Source: Dickeya solani IPO 2222
Lineage (GTDB): Bacteria; Pseudomonadota; Gammaproteobacteria; Enterobacterales; Enterobacteriaceae
Assembly: GCF_001644705.1 (NCBI RefSeq)
Contig: NZ_CP015137.1
Span: forward strand, 2,490,001-2,522,000
Length of the DNA stretch: 32,000 bases
Reading direction: 5' to 3'
Made by a program: the position numbers and the translations under genes. This document shows, in pieces, positions 31,513 through 32,000 of this stretch; position 1 is the first letter of the stretch, and every line of letters begins with the position of its first letter. The notes beneath the pieces are model-generated. The model made no database searches. It was not told the origin of the DNA and saw only the letters and a program-made list of their open reading frames with translations.

Positions 31513-32000
31513 TTACTGCGCCTGTACCCGCAGCTCCGCTGCGGAACGACTACGATGACCCAACAACGCCTTCACATCACTCGATTTCGGCTTTACCAGC
31601 GCAAATTTCGATGCCCAAACCGGCCAGTTGGCGAGGATTTCCTCACCGCGTTGCGAACCGGTGTGCTGGACGTGCTCGGTAATCAGCCCGCGCAGATGCT
31701 CTTCGTGAATCGCCAGGTTTTCCACATCCAGCACTTCAACCAGTTCCGGGTTGACGCGTTTGCGGAATTCGCCGTCCTCATCCAGCACGTAGGCGAAGCC
31801 GCCGGTCATGCCTGCGCCGAAGTTGACGCCGGTACGACCCAGAATACAGACGATACCGCCGGTCATGTATTCGCAGCCGTTATCGCCGATGCCTTCCACT
31901 ACGGTGATGGCGCCGGAGTTACGCACCGCGAAACGCTCGCCGGCACGCCCTGCGGCGAACAGCTTGCCGCCGGTCGCGCCGTACAGGCAGGTGTTGCCGA
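31513..32000 (-). CDS. gltB: Glutamate synthase large subunit, C-terminal ~162 codons (continues beyond the window)
   Basis: The frame is open to the window edge. It reads ..[48 protein letters not shown]...ELRVQAQ, matching the E. coli GltB C-terminus. It ends 9 nt upstream of the gltD start. Confidence 0.95.
   Translation of the reverse strand, partial: GNTCLYGATGGKLFAAGRAGERFAVRNSGAITVVEGIGDNGCEYMTGGIVCILGRTGVNFGAGMTGGFAYVLDEDGEFRKRVNPELVEVLDVENLAIHEEHLRGLITEHVQHTGSQRGEEILANWPVWASKFALVKPKSSDVKALLGHRSRSAAELRVQAQ

Overview
This window is core chromosome from an Enterobacterales gamma-proteobacterium. By eye it is GC-rich for the order, and the protein sequences look Pectobacteriaceae or Dickeya-like, but that assignment is a guess. 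I call 39 protein-coding genes, two of them truncated by the window edges. Almost all are recognisable housekeeping genes. In order they are: aaeR (5' tip), aaeXAB (aromatic acid efflux), a DUF1543-like gene divergent from a LysE-family exporter, darP(yjgA) divergent from pmbA, and rnk. Next comes the long minus-strand cluster ptsO-rapZ-ptsN-hpf-rpoN-lptB-lptA-lptC-kdsC-kdsD-yrbG. After that: mlaFEDCB, ibaG-murA, degS-degQ-zapG (minus), zapE, a dienelactone-hydrolase-family gene, rplM-rpsI, sspA-sspB, a GFA-family gene, and gltD plus the gltB 3' end (minus). The ORF track over-extends many N-termini. I re-set those starts using remembered E. coli orthologue N-termini and Shine-Dalgarno spacing. 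I found no rRNA, tRNA, CRISPR array, transposase, integrase, phage gene or recognisable defence, toxin or secretion cluster. I do not see a convincing novel multi-gene system here. The most unusual stretch is a 451-nt gap between convergent genes (4752-5202) filled by a densely hairpinned, non-coding, GC-rich element (about 4826-5116). From one window I cannot tell whether it is a dispersed repeat or a structured RNA. Smaller oddities are: single-gene accessory inserts at every point where gene order departs from E. coli K-12; a repeat-containing low-complexity tail on MlaD; mutually exclusive hairpins between zapG and degQ; a long hairpin in the divergent region upstream of rplM; and a Tat-like KR signal on the dienelactone hydrolase. 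All homology statements come from my memory of protein families, not from a database search.
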